Positions 38,574 through 52,147 are shown, counted from the stretch's first letter. The stretch: 64,000 nucleotides of DNA from Geosiphon pyriformis uo1 (GCA_016748015.1 JAAOMT010000230.1:1-64000); one strand, 5' to 3'. Notes: generated by a model from the sequence alone, not told the origin. Program-made: numbers and translations.

Positions 38574-41500
38574 ANNNNNNNNNNNNNNNNNNNNNNNNNN
38601 NNNNNNNNNNNNNNNNNNNNNNNNNNNNNNNNNNNNNNNNNNNNNNNNNNNNNNNNNNNNNNNNNNNNNNNNNNNNNNNNNNNNNNNNNNNNNNNNNNNN
38701 NNNNNNNNNNNNNNNNNNNNNNNNNNNNNNNNNNNNNNNNNNNNNNNNNNNNNNNNNNNNNNNNNNNNNNNNNNNNNNNNNNNNNNNNNNNNNNNNNNNN
38801 NNNNNNNNNNNNNNNNNNNNNNNNNNNNNNNNNNNNNNNNNNNNNNNNNNNNNNNNNNNNNNNNNNNNNNNNNNNNNNNNNNNNNNNNNNNNNNNNNNNN
38901 NNNNNNNNNNNNNNNNNNNNNNNNNNNNNNNNNNNNNNNNNNNNNNNNNNNNNNNNNNNNNNNNNNNNNNNNNNNNNNNNNNNNNNNNNNNNNNNNNNNN
39001 NNNNNNNNNNNNNNNNNNNNNNNNNNNNNNNNNNNNNNNNNNNNNNNNNNNNNNNNNNNNNNNNNNNNNNNNNNNNNNNNNNNNNNNNNNNNNNNNNNNN
39101 NNNNNNNNNNNNNNNNNNNNNNNNNNNNNNNNNNNNNNNNNNNNNNNNNNNNNNNNNNNNNNNNNNNNNNNNNNNNNNNNNNNNNNNNNNNNNNNNNNNN
39201 NNNNNNNNNNNNNNNNNNNNNNNNNNNNNNNNNNNNNNNNNNNNNNNNNNNNNNNNNNNNNNNNNNNNNNNNNNNNNNNNNNNNNNNNNNNNNNNNNNNN
39301 NNNNNNNNNNNNNNNNNNNNNNNNNNNNNNNNNNNNNNNNNNNNNNNNNNNNNNNNNNNNNNNNNNNNNNGTGCATGATCAGTCTCATAAAAATCACAGT
39401 CGCTAATCTTTTCTTAAATCTGAAGGTAGAGGAATAGTCCGTGATTGTCAACAAGATAACACCACTGCTATTATTCTATGCCTCAACTTGGCGATTCTTA
39501 GAATCAATAACAGGTATCGTTGTATTTTTCAATTGTTTTTTTATTCAATAAATTACAAGAGCAAGCCAATTGCTTCTCAGGCTAATTCTAACAAATACAA
39601 ATCAAGAAGGGGAAAAGATAAGGTATGTGAATGCCAACAAGTAGATACTTGAAGGTAAGGAAAGGGGAATAAGCAATTATGAGAGGAAGTAATTGATATT
39701 ATTTATTTCGTTACTTTGATCATGTCTTTTTATAGCTGAGAGAATCATCGCTTATATAGCTGTCTAAAGTGGTCAATGACTAGATCAATGATCAGGTCAA
39801 TAATCAAGTCAATGATCAGGTCATTGATCAGGTCAATGATCAGGTTAATGATCAGGTCAACGGTCAGGTTATTGATCAGGTCAACGATCACTATCTAAAA
39901 ATAGGGTGGCTAATTATATGACATCAGTGGCTAATACATGTAATAATTAATAAAAACTATGTGTTTCAACCATAACACTAGTATGAGAAATTGCAAGTTT
40001 TCAGAATTTCAGAATTTTTTTCAAGAAATTACAAGATTCCAGAAATTCCAGAATTTCTGGCTAGAAAATTAAGGAATTTAAGGAATTTCATATAATAGAA
40101 TTTATGTATATATAGTAATAGTATTAAAAGCAGAAAATACAGAATTCTTAAAGAAGAATTCTTAATTTAGAATCTTCAATTCTAATTTTTTATCTATTTC
40201 TTCATACAATAATATTCTATAATTTGAAATAGAAACATTAAATATTAATAAAATACTTATTACATATTACAATCTATCTTTCCACTATTAACTATTCATA
40301 TTAATAATTACTAACACTTAACTACACTAAACCAATAACTCTTAATCATAGTTATTGATGAAATATTAACTCTTTCTTGTCTTGGCTTATCTTTTTATTT
40401 TCTTTTCTTATTTTTTATTTTTTATTTTTTATTTTTTTCTATTTTTGTTGTTAATTTACTAATTGATTAAAGAATAACATATGAGATATTGACATCAGGA
40501 TATAGCACTGGTAAAAAACCCAAGAATAAGAATGAACACTTAAGATTGAGGATAAGTTATCAGAAAATTACTGGCTATTAAGCTAAAAAAAAATTAACAG
40601 AATATAGATATTCCAAAAAGTGATAAACAACACAAGTATACCAACTCAAGTGTTAAGAAAACACTAGAAATATTACCAAAGAATACATTCATTAAATCTC
40701 TACTCATTATACAAAAAACTTAACCAAAATTTTTAGATATTACTAATTATATTAGCTATTGAGCACTAAGTTATAAGTTTGTTATTTGATTCGAGACCCC
40801 AAATAATCATTTGTAACATTTGGTGCTCCCTATAAAGTATAATTCTACAGAAAACCAGCACCAACAACAACTATTTAAAAGTAACAGAATTAAAAAGAAG
40901 AGAAACAAATCATCTAAGATTTGTCAAATCTTTATTTCAACACTACTGTTAACACTTAGAATTAATTAACAACCAACTATTAGCAGAATTAGCCTTCAAC
41001 TTTTACATCAATAAAAGAATTAAATATTTTCTAAAAGAACCAATAAATACAGAATCAACAAGAAGAAATTTTTACAGTAAATTAATTTAATATACCAGCT
41101 TACTATTAAACCACAACTTTACACTGATCATTACTGAAATCAACAGAGAAATTAAAAATCACACTCAACAAACATTTCCTATTATCTATGCAAAAAAAAG
41201 CAAAGGAAAACTACAAACACCAGCAGAAACTTCAAAGCAAATACAATTACCTATGTAAAAGAAACAAAGAATTGATTTACCAGCTAATTTATTATATCAT
41301 TACACCCCCAAAAGTACTATCAATATAACATTAATAGACATGTCCACAGTAAATGTAACAATTTCATTAAACCGACTCTTATTTCAAAGTTAACAGAAAA
41401 AAGCAGAGTTATTAAGAACCTATAGTGATTATTTTGAGGAATTTAAATTGTGATCTCCAATGCCATCAGGATTTTGATTACTATCACCCTAACCAAATTT

Positions 41501-44500
41501 TGGAACTGTTAGTTCTTGAGAAATAACAGAATCAGAAGAAAAGAAAAGTAAAGATCAAAAATTTAATTATCAAAACTTAATCCTGAAAAACCCAGAAATA
41601 CAAACCTGATCATTCCAACTTAGCAAAATTAGAACAATTCAACCACTATTCCTATTGTTTACCAAAACTTATCTTCAGTAATTGTAATAGATCCACTACT
41701 AGTTACACCAATTGCCAAACAGCAACAACAACAGCCACAATCATCACTTTAGCAACAACTTTAATAGCAATCACAATTACAACAACAACTACTCTTAGCA
41801 TCAATGGCATATACACCAATTGCAAAACTTAAGAAATTTACTGGTAAAGAAGACAATATGCAAGTATGACTTAATAACATGAAAAAAGCCATTACAGCCA
41901 ATGGATGAGATAATGTCAAAGCATTGCAAGCAATTCCATATTTTCTTCAGAATACTACTAATTCATAATATTAAAGCCTAATCCAGAAATTCCAAGATTT
42001 CAATATATTTAAAGTTGAATTTTTGAGATATTTTAATAATAATAATAACATCAATTGTTTAGCCAATACTTTTACAACTATTAAACAAAGAGAAACTGCA
42101 ATAGTTACTACTTATTTAGGATGCTTCCATAAAAATTTGTACTAAATACAAACAATTAATACAAACTACTTTACTGTGCCACAAATCTTGAATCAATTTA
42201 TTTATGGCTTGTACAGTAGTCTTCTACAACATATATATCCAATGCACTTACAAACACTTCAGAATGTTGTCAAACATGTCAGAAAGTTCAAATCAGCCAA
42301 GCTAAAAGCCAACTACACTCAAGCCATAAACCTAATAATAAATAAATTATCTGACTTAGACTCAAAATTGAAACAGTTCAGCAATTTAATTAATCAGAAA
42401 TTAGAAAGATACTTAGCTAACAACAATCAGACAATATATCAACCACCACAATATTGTGAAAATTTCAGAGTCTTTAACCAGTACCAAAATCAGTTATGTC
42501 TTATATTATTATTAACTTGTCAATCATGACAGCAAGAAACACATATCTGCTGCAATTGTGGTAAACAAGATTACATCAAGATTGTCTATCACACCAGAAT
42601 TAATAATCAATAATTGAGAAATCAACATCAAAATCCTGATCACTGATTTCAAACTCCAAATTACCAGCTAAATCAAAACCTATATTAATCTTATTACATC
42701 CCAATAATGCAACAAGCAATATACTCACCACTAATTTATCAGTCTCCAGCACCAGTAATATATTAACTGCAGCCACAGATCATTTATTAACCCTAACCAT
42801 TTCAAATACCATCACAAAATCCAGCTCAAATATCTAAAAATCTAAGACTAAAAATTAACAGCACCCAACAAAACTGGAAATCAGTAATAGTAATACATTA
42901 ATTAATCTCCAACTCATTAAACCAGCCATCAGAATTATGTCAGCAAAGTTCAGGAAACAGGTACACTCAAAACCTAAATTCTCAGAACTATTTAAGTCTT
43001 TTGGTTATTCCAGAAGACACCCCATCCAACAATTAGGAAACTAACCAAAAGCCATTCATCAATAACATACCTTTAACAACTGTTATCAACAACAATTTTC
43101 TAGCAGCCATCTTTCTATTTGAATTAAAAGACCAAATAGAAATGCTATTATTTAGTAAAGTTACTTTCAACACTAAACCAATCACTGCAATATACATCAA
43201 TGCTAAGATTAATAGTCAATTTATCAAATTGATCTTAGATAGTAAGTTAGCAAACAGTATTATCATTAAGCAATTCATGAACCAATTAGGTTGCCAAGTA
43301 GATTCCACTACCAGCACCCAAATTATTATAGTAGATAGAGCCACAAAAATTTCAATCAGCAAAATTAATAACTTTTTTTTTGAAATCAATGGCATCATTA
43401 CATCAATCAAAGTTCTTATAATAAAAGTCACTTAATATTAAGCATTAGTTGATAATGACTGGCTATCTAAAACCAATGCACTATTCAATTAAATCATGTA
43501 AAAGCCTTAGTTTAGTCAGAATGATCAGTATATGTAAGTACTAGCAACCTGTAGATACTTCAAAACCACCATACTGACACCACTAATAAAATTTAACAAG
43601 AAAAAAAAAACCTACTTGGAAAGCTTACTAAATCTTGTAGAATAACACCAATCATAACAAATTGCCACCAGTATTTATTTGTAAAGAGAAGAAAAAAAGG
43701 AAGAAAAGAAAAGAAAAAAAACCCCAAACAATTACCTTTACATATACCTCATACACTACTATTACTCAATACCAGCCAAACTATTATCAACCCAAATTAA
43801 TTTGCATCAATTGTGGCAAAAAATTGTTAACAATAAGTACATATTATGATAACAATAAGGAATAGCTAATGATTACAAAATACTATTGTTGCCTATGTAT
43901 CTTTAAATGGTTTGAATAACCAAAAAAACAAAAAAAAAGGACAATAAACCATGTCTTGCATGTAAGAAAACTTTTTTAGATAAAGGAATGTAAAATAACA
44001 TTTCTGGTTATGAAAGAATGTGTAACAAATTATGTTAATACACAATTCTAATCAGTAATTGAGTAAGAAAAAGAACTTCAATAGATACTGTTTGGCAAAA
44101 AGTTGTGAAATATTTAAATAGTTGTTTACACAATAACAACAAAATATGGAGAATGGCAATAGCCAAAATTAAAAGTACAACCTTTGAAAAAATCAAAATA
44201 ATCAAAAACAATTCACCAAAATCTGAAAAAATTATTTGGATTCTAAACCCCAATATTATTTTTAATGTAATGAATCCAAAACACTTCCACAAATACTATC
44301 AAGAAGTGGCACTCACTAAAGAAAAGCAGAAGTAATGATTAGAAGAACTAAACATCTAACTATGTAATCATTGTTTAATACTATGTAATTTTAAGTATTG
44401 CAATGAGTGTGACTTTATTTACAATCTACCACCCCAAATGATCTATTTAATTTCTAAAGAGAAAAAGCCAATCAGTGAATATGCAACTGAATTAAAATTA

Positions 44501-44699
44501 CTGTTCAATTGTAATTCAAACTTCAACAATAATAACAATAATAATGGTTTCAGCTTCATTCAAAATAGCAATAATAATAGTAATAATTTAAATTCTAATT
44601 TAAACTCCAAACAATATATTGTACTCTCTGATCTTTTCAAAAAGCAAAAACTTAAATGGTTCAGCAATAATAATGAAAATATTTTGCTAAAATATTTGC

Positions 44700-45070
44700 A
44701 TAATACTAATGCAGGGTTTGATTTAAGATATCCTGGAAAAGATATTATCAAATTAGAACCATATTCACATATTTGTATCAATCTGAAATTGGCACTAGAA
44801 ATTTTAGCAACAACTATGATTCAATTAGCATCTAAAAGTAATTTAGTAAAAAAAGGAATTAACATCAAAAGAAGAATAATTGATGCAGAATATGTAGGAA
44901 ATATTATTGCAATGCTACAAAATGACTTGAAAAAAATATATATTATTAAACCAAATGAAAAGATACCACAGACAATATTTTTACCTCTGGTTAAAATAGC
45001 TCAATTAGTGTTAGTGAGAAAAAAAGAAGAGTTAGAGATGACAACAAGAGGGATAAATGGATTTGGATTT
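44700..45070 (+). pseudogene. dUTPase domain of B1 (eroded)
   Basis: AGFDL, LASKSN, IIDAEYVG, EKIPQ, RGINGFG: all five dUTPase motifs, with G>A-type damage. Confidence 0.88.
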
Positions 45071-48000
45071 ATGAGTAGAATAAATATACTAGTTAATATG
45101 ACAAAGGAAAAAATTATTAACAAGAAAGAAATTATCTCTATCCATTTATAATTTCCATTTCACTATATGACTAGTACTTAATAGTTATAGTAAGAAAAGT
45201 AAGAAATCAATCCCAAATGTTTGAAACAAAAACCACTATTTGTAAATCAGAAAAGATTGCTATTACCAATCTCTATATATTGGCTAAAAATTACAAATAC
45301 ATTAAAATTCTCATCTACAATACAACTGAAAATATCATTAAAATACCAAGTGGAATTAACATCAGGTACTTAAGCACTGAAATTGAGGATTAACCACCAA
45401 GCATCATTTCAAACTTTCTACAACTGTATAGATATGTGAATATTACATCACAAGCAATATATAAACAAAAAAAATGTTATTTGCTCCAACCAAAACAATT
45501 AGACCAAATGAACTTGAAAAATTTAGACCCACTTTAATGGATGTAACTTAAGATGTTGCTTAACAATTTCACTAATATTTTTGCCAGTAAAAATGAATTT
45601 GGCAGAACTGACATTATCCAGCACCAGATCAAGATTAAAAATACAATGCTAATTAAACAAAGAGCATACAGAGTACCACCAACAAACCATAAAATCATCT
45701 GACAGGAAATTAACTGAATGTTAAACAATAAGTTAATTCAATCATCAATGAATTCATAATCATTACCAGTAGTACTAGTCTGGAAGAAAAATAGAAAAAT
45801 CCACTTTTGTGTAGATTACAGTAAATTCAACAGTATAACTCATAAAAACAGCTATTCAACTCCATGAATCCAAGAATTGTTCAATGCTTTTGAAAGGAAG
45901 AAATGGTTCTTAATATTAGATTTGAATAGTAATTACTGGCAAGTAGTCATAAAACTGGAAGATAAAGAAAAAACCACTTTTACAACCAGAAAAGAAAATT
46001 TTAAGTTTAAGATTATGTTATTTGGCTTAACCAATACTCCAATCATATTCCAATGACTTATAAAAATCATTTATACTAGACTACTATAGAAATCAGTAGT
46101 TATGTATCTGAATGACACCAATGTGTTCTTAAAAACATTTGATAATTATCTTTATTATCTACAGCAGATGTTTAAAAGATTAGAAAGAGCTGAATTAAAA
46201 CTGAATGCAACCAAATGCTTTTTTGGCAAAACAAAATTGAAATTTTTGGAACATATTGTAAGCAAAAATAGCATTAAGACAGATCCAAATAAGATTGAGA
46301 TAATCAAAAACTTTTCAGTACCAATAAATCTTACAAAATTAAGAGCATTCTTGGGATTTATTGAATATTACCACTAATTTATTCAGAATTTCTCCAAACT
46401 GGCCCAACCACTCTACTAGCTTCAAACAAAAATGTGAAATATGAATAAACTGAAGCTCAGCAAAAAGCTTTCAACATTCTAAGAAGAAAGCTTATTTAAG
46501 CACCAGTATTAATCTATTCAAATTACAACAAGTCATTTATCATTACTACAGATGAATCTGATCAAACATTAGAAACTGTACTATCTTAAAAAGGACTGGA
46601 TGGATAAGAATATTCAGTAGTATACACCAGCCAAAGTTTGAGTTCAGTTAAAAAGAACTATGAAATACCAGTACTAGAACACTTAGCAATCTATTAGGCA
46701 ATCATTAAATAGAAAAAATATTTAAGCCAGAAGTTTGAGATATATACTGATCACAAAGAATTGACATCAATCCAGAAGCAAAAATTTGAAGATGACTGCC
46801 ATGCCAAATAAAAAATAGAACTTTCATTATTCAAGTAATACAATATATTATAAAAAAAGAAAAAAAAGGAAATACTAATGATTTGTTGTGAATAAAACAA
46901 ATCTAAGAATATTTCAACTCAAAAATATAACAAAAGATAAATACACAAAAATATTAACAACTCCAATACTATATTAATATTCAGCAGTTCAAGGAGAAAT
47001 TATTTTAAAAGAAACAAAACAATATAAAACAACAATCAAAATATTTTATTACTTATCAGAATATACTATATCAGAAAAACAAAAAAGATTCAGATCAACT
47101 ATTCAAAGTAATCACAGAATCAGAAAAAGAAACAATATTATACAACATGTACTCAAATCTAACAGCAGGACATTTTCATAAAGAAGCAACTATGAAAAGA
47201 ACCAGAAAAATATATTATTGGTTATCAATATATCCAGACATTACTCAATATGTTCAAAATTGTGATGCTTGTCAGAAAAAAAAAGAACAAAATCTAATAA
47301 ACCACTAAGACCAATTAAAGTAAGACAACTATTTAATAGAATCGAAATTAACTTAGTTGGATCATTAATAATAACCAGCAGAGGCAATTATTATATAGCA
47401 GTAATCATGAATTATCTCATAAAATGGCCAGAAACAAAAGCAATTCAAAAAGCAGATGCAGAATCCATAGCCAAATTTATTTATCAAAATTTGATTTGTT
47501 AATACAGATGTCCAAAAAAATTGTTATCAGATTAAGGAATTCACTTTGTAAACAGAACATTAACAAAATTAAGCCAAAAATTTGAAATCAAGAGACCATT
47601 ATCATCACTATATCATCTATAAACAAACAGTTTAGTTGAAAGATTCAATAAAACATTGTGTAAAACAATTACCAAAATCAGTCAAAAAAACCAAGATAAA
47701 TGGGATTTATTTATATCATCAGTACTACTTGCTTATTGGACAATAAAACAAAACACCACATAAGCAATACTATTTGAATTTGTGTATAGTAGAACGGCAA
47801 TATTACCAATTAAGATAGAAGTCAATATATATCCAACTGAACCAATAACAAAAGACAACTTTCGAGAAACATTGCTAAGAAAAACATATAACTTAATAGA
47901 AATTTTAGAAAACAAAAGATAAAAAGCAGCTAATAATATTCAAAAATCACCAAAAAAACAAAAAAAATGACATGATAATCAGTTACCAGATAAACCAGTT

Positions 48001-51000
48001 GAATTTAGAATTGGAGACAAAGTACTTTTACATTATACCAAAGTAGAAAAACAATGGGGTAAAAAATTTAATCACAAATGGGATAGATCATTTTACATAA
48101 AAGAAATTCTAAAAAATAAAGCTTATAAGTTAAGATAAAACAACAAAATCTTAGCTAAAGCAGCACATAGAGGTTAACTGAAATTATTTTACAATATAGT
48201 ATTATCATTCACCAGTAATATTCTACAATTGGAAATACAACAAATATTAATCCAACCAGATGAGATTTCATAAGATCTAGAACCAATCATAATTATTAAT
48301 ACAAATATGTTAAATTAATTAAACAGAAATATATAAAGACATAATATATGTAACAAAAACAACAATAAAGATAGAAGTTACCAATAACATTCACTTACTT
48401 GCACAGTAATTATTTCAACTGATCTAACAACAAAACATGGAAATCACAATTAATTAACAAACTATTTGATACAAAGATAATAAAAAAAAACCTAATACAA
48501 AGTACACAAAAAACTGAAAAACACTATAGACAAGATAATAGCAAAAGTAAAACTGTCAATGGAAATATTAAAAACAGCAGTACTATACCAAAAATTAATA
48601 GAAAAAACTTGGAATTGGTGGAAACAACAATTTTTAAGAAACTTTTGTTATTATTATTTGGGACAAAACCTGAATATTCAGAACTTGTACACTGACAAAA
48701 TAAAATGATTATTTAATACAACAATACTACAACAACTAGAACAATTTGTGAAAAAAAACAATCTGTTTATACAAGCATGAATCATATATTGGCTATATGC
48801 AGGATTTTAAGATTGATCAGCAATACTATTCAATTTAATGATAGATACAATTATCATTAATCAATTAGGAAAAATTACCAATGCTTAATTTGAAGAATTA
48901 CAGATCAAAATAATCCAAATAATTCTTGAAAAAGAAGTTTAAGAGTTAATTAAAGAAGAAGAGTTAGGAGATATAAGAGATCTTAACAGAACTCAATATT
49001 AAAAGAAAAGAATAATATTATTCATAGAATATAGAAATTATATATTAGTACATAATTAGCCAATTAGAATAAGATATAGTAAAAGTAAAATTCCAGAATT
49101 TTTTTTAAGGAATTCCAGAATTTCTGGCTAGAGAATTAAAAAATTCAAAAAATCTTGTATAATGAAATTTATGTATATATAGCAGTAGCATTAAAAGCAG
49201 AAAATACAAAATTCTTAGAGGAGAATTTTTAGTTTAGAACTTTTAGTTTCAATTTTCCATTTATTTTTTTATACAATAGTATTTTATAACTTAAAGTAGA
49301 AACATCAAATATTAATAAAATACTTATTACATATCACAATTCATTTTTCTATTATTAATCATTTATGTTAATAGTTACTAATACTTAATCACACTAGACT
49401 AATAACTCTTGATTATGACTATTGACAAGATACTAACCCTTTTTTGTCTTGGTTTATCTCTTTATTTTTTTTTCTTATTTTCTTTTATTTTTCTTTTATT
49501 TTCTTTTCTTTTATTTTTGTTGTTAATTTACTAATTGATTAAAAAATAATGCACAGAGTACTGACATTAAGATATAATACTGGTAAAAAACCCAAGAATA
49601 AAGATAAACACTTAAAATTGAGGATAACTTACTAAAAGATTATTGGCTATTAAGCTGGAAAAAAAATTGTTGGAATATAAATATTCTGGAAAGTAATGAA
49701 CAACACAAATACACCAACTTGAAAGTTAAGAAAACACTAGGAACATTACCAAAGGATACATTCATTGAATCTTTGTTTATTATATAAAAAACTCAACCAA
49801 AACTCTCAGATCACAAAAATCTTCAAATATTATTAATTGTATTAGCTATTAAGTACCAAGTTATAAGTTTGTTATTTGATTCAAGACCCCAAATAATCAC
49901 CTATAATAGTGGCTACTTTTATGATTCTTTTGCTACTTGGTTTTTACAAAAAACCACTGCTAATATTTTTAAAAAATAAAAAGATAAACTTTTAAAAATG
50001 TTAAAAAAAATAATTTTTCTTTTACTATTTGGGTTAAAAAAAAGTTTAGAATCTCTATTCTAATTTTTAAATAGAATAAGAAATTAAAAAAAAGAACATA
50101 AAACTCTAATAAAGTTGTAATTAAATATGTTAAAGCTATAAAAAAACTAATTAAATAAATAAATATTAAAAGAAACTAAACTGAAAAACAAAAGATTTAT
50201 TTCTTTATAAAAAGTTCAAAAACCAACTTATTTTATGCTTTTTGGCTCTTTTTGGCTTTAAAAAATAATTTTATAATAGATATAATTATTAAACTTATTC
50301 AGAAAATAAAAAACAATCAAAAAATATATTTGAAAAATACACTTTTAGTTTTTGTTTCTGCTTTTGTTCTGGCTTTTGCTTTTCAAATACAAAACTTCAA
50401 TAAATAACTAATAGATAAATCTATTGCTAATTTTGCCTAATTATTAAAATTTTTAGCTTAAATAGTAAAAAAAATTAACAGCTCTAAAGATCCAAATTTA
50501 AATTTTACTACAACTAGCTCTAACAGTTACTTTATAATTAAAAATAGCAAAATTATAACTCATTTGTATACTATTGTTGTAAATTAACCAAACATTTTTT
50601 AAGAGATTATAACAATTTTTTTTGTTTTTTTCAGTTTTTAGAAACAATAATAACCAAAATAACAGACTTAATAATAATAATATTTCAAATTAAAGATCAA
50701 ATCTTATCAATCTGAATTTTTTCAAAGAAAATTTCTTAATTAAAACCACTATTTATTACTTTTTAAATTAATAAATATGTTTTTAAAGAGTAAAAGTACA
50801 AGCCAATCAGAAAAAAACTTCTTTTATTCTTTCAATTTAATTGATAATAATCATAATATAAATAAATTAACTATCAATTTTTCTACTTTATTAAGTTTAT
50901 CTGTAATACTAAAGAAATTATCTGTGCTCAAAACTTGTTTCCAAAAGCTATAAACCTTAAATATAAATATTTTTTTAGCATAGAAGTAGACTAGCTGAAA

Positions 51001-51541
51001 ACAATTTTCATTTGAAACAAACTTCTTATAAACTTTTTTTATACTAGAGGTAAATAAGTCTGTAAAATCACATTCAAGAAAAAAGTGTCTAAATTATCCA
51101 TATTTTTTACAATAAATTAAATCCAATCTAATTCAAAAAAGTTTCATACCATTAAGAATTAGTTTTGTACAAAACATTGTTTTCAAGTTTTTATCAGACT
51201 CAAAACCAACCACAGTATAACAAATCCTATTGCCAGTTTTAAATAAATAAATAATTATATAAGTTTTTTTACCAGCTTTTTTTAATAAAACATTAAGATT
51301 ATAAATGATTGTTTTCATAAACAGAATAAACAAAAGTGCTTTAAACTAATTCTTAAATATCTAAATACCATAATTCTTTACAGCTTTGATTATATGTACT
51401 AAATTTTTTCTAATTAAGAATGACTATTTAAATATTAAATAATTAGCTTGATTTAATTTAATAAACTTTATTACAATTTTTTGCAATAATCTAATTAATT
51501 ACAATTAGATTAACACTATCTGACTATATTTATTTATTATA

Positions 51542-52147
51542 CAGAGGGTGTCCAAAAGTTTCCGAACTTGATTTTATTTAACAATAATATTTATTTTTTT
51601 ATAAAATAAAACAAAATAAACAACATATTTATAATTTTATAGTAATTTTCTAAATTTTTCCATTAAGTGTTACTAAACGTTTAAGTCGGCGATATTTTTG
51701 GTGAGTAAATAAACGTGGACGTCCTGAACGAGGTCTTGAATCAATTGAACCAGTTTCTTTAAATCGTTTTATTGTATCCGAAACTGTTGTCAAGCTGCAA
51801 TTGACTATGTTGGCAATATCACGATATTTCTTGCCATGCTGTTGTAATAAGCATATAGTATTACGTTGAGCAATCGTTAATTCTTTTTTTGCTCCCATTT
51901 CGTTTTAATAAAAACGACGAAAAAATCTTATATGCGCGTTAAATTTCATTTTTATAAAAAAACGAGTATGAATAAAATCGATTATGCGCGTCGCGAAAAA
52001 ACATTATACACGCGTGTTTAAAAAATAAAAAACGCGTAATTAAATAATTAACTAACTTAATTTAGTAATAAACTCGTGCTTTTCTAATCATTCAAGCATG
52101 TGGAATGTTACTCCAAAGTTTGTTCGGAAACTTTTGGACACCCTCTG
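51542..52147 (-). mobile_element. Non-autonomous Tc1/mariner element, 606 bp, with perfect 26-bp TIRs and TA TSD
   Basis: CAGAGGGTGTCCAAAAGTTTCCGAAC at 51542-51567 and its exact inverse at 52122-52147, flanked by TA on both sides. Confidence 0.95.
51650..51898 (-). CDS. Truncated Tc1 transposase: N-terminal HTH and GRPR linker only
   Basis: MGAKKELT...YRDIANIVNCSLTTVSDTIKRFKETGSIDSRPRSGRPRL; no DDE domain. Confidence 0.85.
   Translation of the reverse strand: MGAKKELTIAQRNTICLLQQHGKKYRDIANIVNCSLTTVSDTIKRFKETGSIDSRPRSGRPRLFTHQKYRRLKRLVTLNGKI

Larger units (their letters stand above)
32618..39977 (-). mobile_element. Family-A Ty3/gypsy element A1, the least eroded full-length LTR element here, inserted in the 5' LTR of B1
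   Basis: TG...CA LTRs: 3' LTR 32618-33271; 5' LTR ends at 39977 and is partly in the N gap. Perfect CTAG TSD at 32614-17 and 39978-81. PPT GGAGAGGATAA at 33272-33282. Confidence 0.95.
32490..49908 (+). mobile_element. Family-B Ty3/gypsy element B1 (dUTPase-bearing), full length but eroded; 5' LTR 32490-32617 plus 39982-40818, 3' LTR 49016-49908
   Basis: Paired LTRs. PBS-like TGGTGCTCCCTAT at 40821. PPT at about 49001-49015. Gag with CCHC remnant, PR (LILDSK), dUTPase (44700-45070), RT (YLNDT), RNase H, integrase and a 3' ORF remnant. TSD GTAA (32486-89) versus GTGG (49909-12). Confidence 0.88.
28328..50885 (+). mobile_element. Old family-A LTR element (A0), split by later insertions: LTR 28328-29035, leader/gag pieces about 29036-29190, 31921-32489 and 49909-50885
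   Basis: 28328-29035 is a transition-eroded copy of the A1 LTR (TATTATGG...CCATAACA, with the 12-mer array). Gag reads QDPIK*LNDFKKA...F*IIS|GYFYDSFATWF across the B1 insertion. IDIIIKLIQKIKNNQKIYL at about 50276 corresponds to MDMAIELAQRIEDNQRMHL of A1. Confidence 0.75.

Noticed and set aside
38438-39454. ORFs of 300+ aa in the ORF track
   Set aside because: They consist of N-gap codons.
40821-40835. Assigning the primer tRNA for the PBS-like sites (also at 63946)
   Set aside because: Cannot be matched without the host tRNA set; they are not complementary to the tRNA-Gly in this window.
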